Shown here: positions 61,022 through 64,000 of the stretch, piece by piece
How positions within the stretch are numbered: position 1 is the stretch's first letter
Layout: each line of letters begins with the position of its first letter
Virus record (IMG/VR): IMGVR_UViG_3300017917_000952
Coordinates: 124,001-188,000 of that record
Strand: one strand, 5' to 3'
Length of the DNA stretch: 64,000 nt
Program-made: the position numbers and the translations under genes
Notes under the pieces: model-generated
The model's database searches: none
What the model saw: the letters and a program-made list of their open reading frames with translations, nothing else
Told to the model about the DNA's origin: nothing

Positions 61022-61404
61022 GTAAAGATGCACTAAGAAAATTCTGTGAAATGCATCAAGTGCGTGTAATTGACACGAATAAAAGAGCACATAGATATCA
61101 CAAAATCAATGTGAAATATTTTAATGATTCTAATGATTATAATAGAATCTATGAAGATGTAGTACGCACGGAAACTGAACCATTATATACTGTAGAGATT
61201 GCAGAAAGCGAACTAGAAAAAATTGCCGATTTTGAACAACAGGTTTTTAATAACATGAAACAAACAGGCCATTACAGAATGTTCGAAATTTTAATGGAAC
61301 AGAAAGAAGAAGAACAAAGATTGCGAAATAAGTATCCTGCTGTTAAGAAGGCATACGAGCATTACAGCCTGATGTTAAAATTGGCGGAGAGCGGAGAATT
61401 ATGA
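61018..61404 (+). CDS. Hypothetical protein (128 aa)
   Basis: ATGA-coupled ORF. Confidence 0.6.
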   Translation: MSKDALRKFCEMHQVRVIDTNKRAHRYHKINVKYFNDSNDYNRIYEDVVRTETEPLYTVEIAESELEKIADFEQQVFNNMKQTGHYRMFEILMEQKEEEQRLRNKYPAVKKAYEHYSLMLKLAESGEL

Positions 61405-61589
61405 AAGCAGTAACAGTTGGTTCGCGTTGGTGGGCCGGTGATAATAAAAGATTTGTTGTTATAAATGTAATCACTATAGAAGGACATACGTGGGTTCATT
61501 ATAGAGATGACAAAAATAAAGAAAGCCCTAGGGAATATAGTTGTTACCTAGAAAGTTTCTTATCAAGATTTAGTGAGTTACCAGAATGA
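61401..61589 (+). CDS. Hypothetical protein (62 aa)
   Basis: ATGA-coupled on both sides. Confidence 0.55.
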   Translation: MKAVTVGSRWWAGDNKRFVVINVITIEGHTWVHYRDDKNKESPREYSCYLESFLSRFSELPE

Positions 61590-61945
61590 CAAGATTAAAC
61601 GGGTTTGTAGAAAAAGGTTGGGGGCATGAATTTATTTTTGCCACCAACGATAAGTATTGTGGAAAACTTTTAAAGTTTAACAAAGATGCAAAATTCAGTA
61701 TGCACTTTCATGCTGTTAAAGATGAAACATGGTTTGTATTGAATGGTCGGTTCATTGTTAAGTACATTGACACAGTAGACGCAACTCAAAAAGAAGTTGA
61801 ACTAAAACAAGGCGATGTATGGCATAACCCGCCGCTGTTTCCTCATCAGGTAATCTGCTTAGAAGAAGGCACACTCATTGAAGTCAGTACGCCGGACAGT
61901 ATTGCAGACAATTATCGAGTTGCCAAGGGAGACAGCCAGAAATGA
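61586..61945 (+). CDS. Cupin-fold sugar isomerase-like protein
   Basis: EKGWGHE, SMHFHAVKDETW, PPLFPHQV, IEVST cupin metal-binding motifs. Confidence 0.8.
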   Translation: MTRLNGFVEKGWGHEFIFATNDKYCGKLLKFNKDAKFSMHFHAVKDETWFVLNGRFIVKYIDTVDATQKEVELKQGDVWHNPPLFPHQVICLEEGTLIEVSTPDSIADNYRVAKGDSQK

Positions 61946-62715
61946 AAATCTTAATTACAGGTCATAAAGGCTTTATTGGAAAAAATCTAGTAACACACCT
62001 GCAGGACCATGAGTTAAGTTTCTATGAACCGGGAGATAATCTACCGTCAGTTAATGGACTAGACTGGGTAATTCACCTCGGTGCAATTACATCAACTACA
62101 GAGACAAATGTAGAACGTGTAATGGAAGCCAATTATGATTTCAGTCGCTGGTTAGTAAATGAATGCCTAAAACACGGTGTTAACTTTCAGTACTCAAGTT
62201 CTGCAAGTATCTATGGGCTTAAAACAGAATTCAATGAAAGCAGTCCTGCTGATCCTAGAAGTCCTTATGCCTGGAGTAAATTTCTATTTGACAGATATAT
62301 AACATATCTAGCAGGAAACTGGCCAATTAAGGTACAGGGGTTTAGATATTTTAACGTCTACGGTCCGGGTGAAGATCACAAAGGTGACCAAGCAAGTCCT
62401 TACTTCAAATTTGAGAAGCAGGCTAAAGAAACAGGTGTAATTAAACTGTTTGAAGGTAGTGAAGAATTTAAACGCGACTTTATTCCTGTCGAGACAGTTT
62501 GTAAAATTCACAAGCACTTCCTTAGTGTACCTGATACAGGGATATGGAATGTAGGTACTGGCCGAGCAACTTCTTTTGCTGATGTAGCAAGAATGATTGC
62601 TGACAAGTACGGCGCTAGGATTGAATATATTCCAATGCCTGAAAATTTAAAACATCAATATCAAACATACACCTGTGCTGATACTAAGTTACTGAAAAGT
62701 TATTACAACATATGA
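61942..62715 (+). CDS. hldD: ADP-L-glycero-D-manno-heptose 6-epimerase
   Basis: GHKGFIG, YSSSASIYG, SPYAWSK, RYFNVYGPGEDHKGDQAS, RDFIPV. Confidence 0.85.
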   Translation: MKILITGHKGFIGKNLVTHLQDHELSFYEPGDNLPSVNGLDWVIHLGAITSTTETNVERVMEANYDFSRWLVNECLKHGVNFQYSSSASIYGLKTEFNESSPADPRSPYAWSKFLFDRYITYLAGNWPIKVQGFRYFNVYGPGEDHKGDQASPYFKFEKQAKETGVIKLFEGSEEFKRDFIPVETVCKIHKHFLSVPDTGIWNVGTGRATSFADVARMIADKYGARIEYIPMPENLKHQYQTYTCADTKLLKSYYNI

Positions 62716-63104
62716 AGATATTTGTAAACGGCACATTTGATATTTTGCATAGAGGACATCTTGAAATGTTAAGGTATGCAAAAAGTCTCGGTGACGAATT
62801 GATGGTATGTATTGATAGCGACCATAGAGTAAAAGAATTAAAAGGTGATAGTCGTCCTATCAATAATCAAGAAGATAGAAAATTTATGTTAGACAGCCTC
62901 AAGTGGGTTGACCGTTGCTGGATTTTTAGTGACGAGGAAGAACTAGAAAAAATTATTGAGCTCTATCAACCTGACATTATGGTTAAAGGTAGCGACTATA
63001 AAGGTAAGCCTATTGTAGGCGAACAGTATTGTAAAGAAATTAGATTTTATGACCACACAGGACATTCAACAACGAGACTCATTCAACGTATTACTGATCG
63101 GTGA
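62712..63104 (+). CDS. Heptose-1-phosphate adenylyltransferase (stand-alone HldE C-domain / RfaE2)
   Basis: NGTFDILHRGH (HIGH-like), RVKELKGDSRPIN, VKGSDY, STTRLI. Confidence 0.85.
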   Translation: MKIFVNGTFDILHRGHLEMLRYAKSLGDELMVCIDSDHRVKELKGDSRPINNQEDRKFMLDSLKWVDRCWIFSDEEELEKIIELYQPDIMVKGSDYKGKPIVGEQYCKEIRFYDHTGHSTTRLIQRITDR

Positions 63105-63846
63105 TAGTTGCATTGACGAATATAAAATCGGAACAGTTGATAGACTAAGTCCCGAAGCACCTGTTCCGGTTATTAAGATCACTGATGTCGAAACTGTACC
63201 GGGCATGTCTGCTAACGTAAAGAAGAATTTAGAAAATATAGGGGTCTATGCCGACTTTGTAACTAACGACGAAGTGATAACAAAGACTAGATACATCGAT
63301 AAACGTTCTGGCCAACACATGCTCAGAGTTGACGACGAGCCTAAGATTGTTCCATGGTCTGGCCACACTCCTTTCCCTATCGAGTCGTATGATGCTGTAA
63401 TAGTGTCCGACTATAACAAAGGGTTCTTAACCTATGAGCAGATTGCAAATATAATTTCCGCTGCTAGAGGCCCAGTCTTTATCGATACAAAGAAATCACA
63501 ACTTGCAGACATTAGTGCGCCTAACGTCTACATAAAAATTAATGATTCGGAATATAAAAATTCTAGAAGTCTGCCCTCTAACTTAATTGTTACATTAGGT
63601 GATAGAGGTGCATGGTATAAGAATCCAAGAACGGAGATGTTGTTTCCAACCAAACAGGTTGAAGTAGTTGATGTCTGCGGTTGCGGAGATACATTTTTGT
63701 CTGCTTTGGCCGTCCAATACCTATATACAAAGAACATAGAACAAAGTATAATGTTTGCTAACACCGCGGCAGGAATTACAGTACAGCATCGCGGAAACTA
63801 CGCACCAACTTACGACGAGATTCGAAATGCCGGACATCGATATTGA
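63049..63846 (+). CDS. Heptose-7-phosphate kinase (stand-alone HldE N-domain / RfaE1, PfkB family)
   Basis: IGDSCIDEY..GTVDRLSPEAPVPV, SDYNKG, DVCGCGDTF. Confidence 0.85.
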   Translation: MTTQDIQQRDSFNVLLIGDSCIDEYKIGTVDRLSPEAPVPVIKITDVETVPGMSANVKKNLENIGVYADFVTNDEVITKTRYIDKRSGQHMLRVDDEPKIVPWSGHTPFPIESYDAVIVSDYNKGFLTYEQIANIISAARGPVFIDTKKSQLADISAPNVYIKINDSEYKNSRSLPSNLIVTLGDRGAWYKNPRTEMLFPTKQVEVVDVCGCGDTFLSALAVQYLYTKNIEQSIMFANTAAGITVQHRGNYAPTYDEIRNAGHRY

Positions 63847-64000
63847 TTTTGCTGATAGAACTAAAGTTTTGGACATCATAAAACATGTTCCTGCATCAAT
63901 TATTGAAAAAGATGTCAGCAAAAAACATAACACAGGCGTTTATTGTAGTAGTATCCCAGTAAATCCGCTAACCGGTACGGCAAGTATTGATTATCGAGAA
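63827..64000 (+). CDS. DnaE (DNA polymerase III alpha, family C)-like catalytic fragment, truncated by window end
   Basis: Not in supplied ORF track; ATG 63827 gives MPDIDIDFADRTKVLDIIKH...KHNTGVY..., matching the family-C PDxDxDF catalytic motif and GxHxxGV motif. Confidence 0.7.
   Translation, partial: MPDIDIDFADRTKVLDIIKHVPASIIEKDVSKKHNTGVYCSSIPVNPLTGTASIDYRE

Noticed and set aside
3473-63933. Numerous antisense/alternative-frame ORFs in the track (e.g. 3473..3916, 7832..8527, 22464..23051, 25768..26208, 53986..54729)
   Set aside because: Shadows of Ala/Gly/Thr/Val-rich or repetitive sense genes; no SD/promoter support or recognisable motifs.
1-64000. Stop-codon reassignment, inteins or introns in core genes
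   Set aside because: Standard code gives full-length, tightly packed genes; gp46, gp17, UvsX, UvsW, gp20 and gp23 have uninterrupted motif spacing.

Overview
The whole window is a contiguous ~64 kb segment of a large T4-related (myovirus-type) tailed bacteriophage genome read in the standard genetic code; there is no host chromosomal DNA, rRNA, tRNA or CRISPR array. Order: recombination nuclease gp47(partial)/gp46, a small GIY-YIG gene followed by ~360 nt of highly structured non-coding sequence, putative internal head proteins, a baseplate-hub/tail-chaperone pair divergent from a tape-measure-like gene, the head module (portal, acidic core, protease, scaffold, major capsid), ~20 kb of Ser/Thr/Gly-rich fibre-type genes (up to 2520 aa), GT2 glycosyltransferase, Nudix, neck/tail-completion genes, dNMP kinase, HNH, sheath, tube, head completion, terminase, ssDNA-binding protein, UvsX/UvsY/UvsW, an ADP-heptose enzyme cluster and the start of a DnaE-like gene. 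T4-late-type TAAATA promoters and intrinsic terminators punctuate the late region. Most notable: (1) a 1804-aa putative virion protein with five ~165-aa repeats that resemble phycobiliprotein (globin-like) subunits and keep the bilin-attachment C-x-R-D motif; (2) a candidate large pseudoknotted ncRNA directly behind a stand-alone GIY-YIG nuclease domain; (3) a candidate programmed -1 frameshift joining the two chaperone ORFs next to the tape measure gene; (4) a fibre cluster that looks like a plug-and-socket chain, plus phage-encoded heptose/glycosylation enzymes. All family assignments are by motif recognition from memory; no database search was run.
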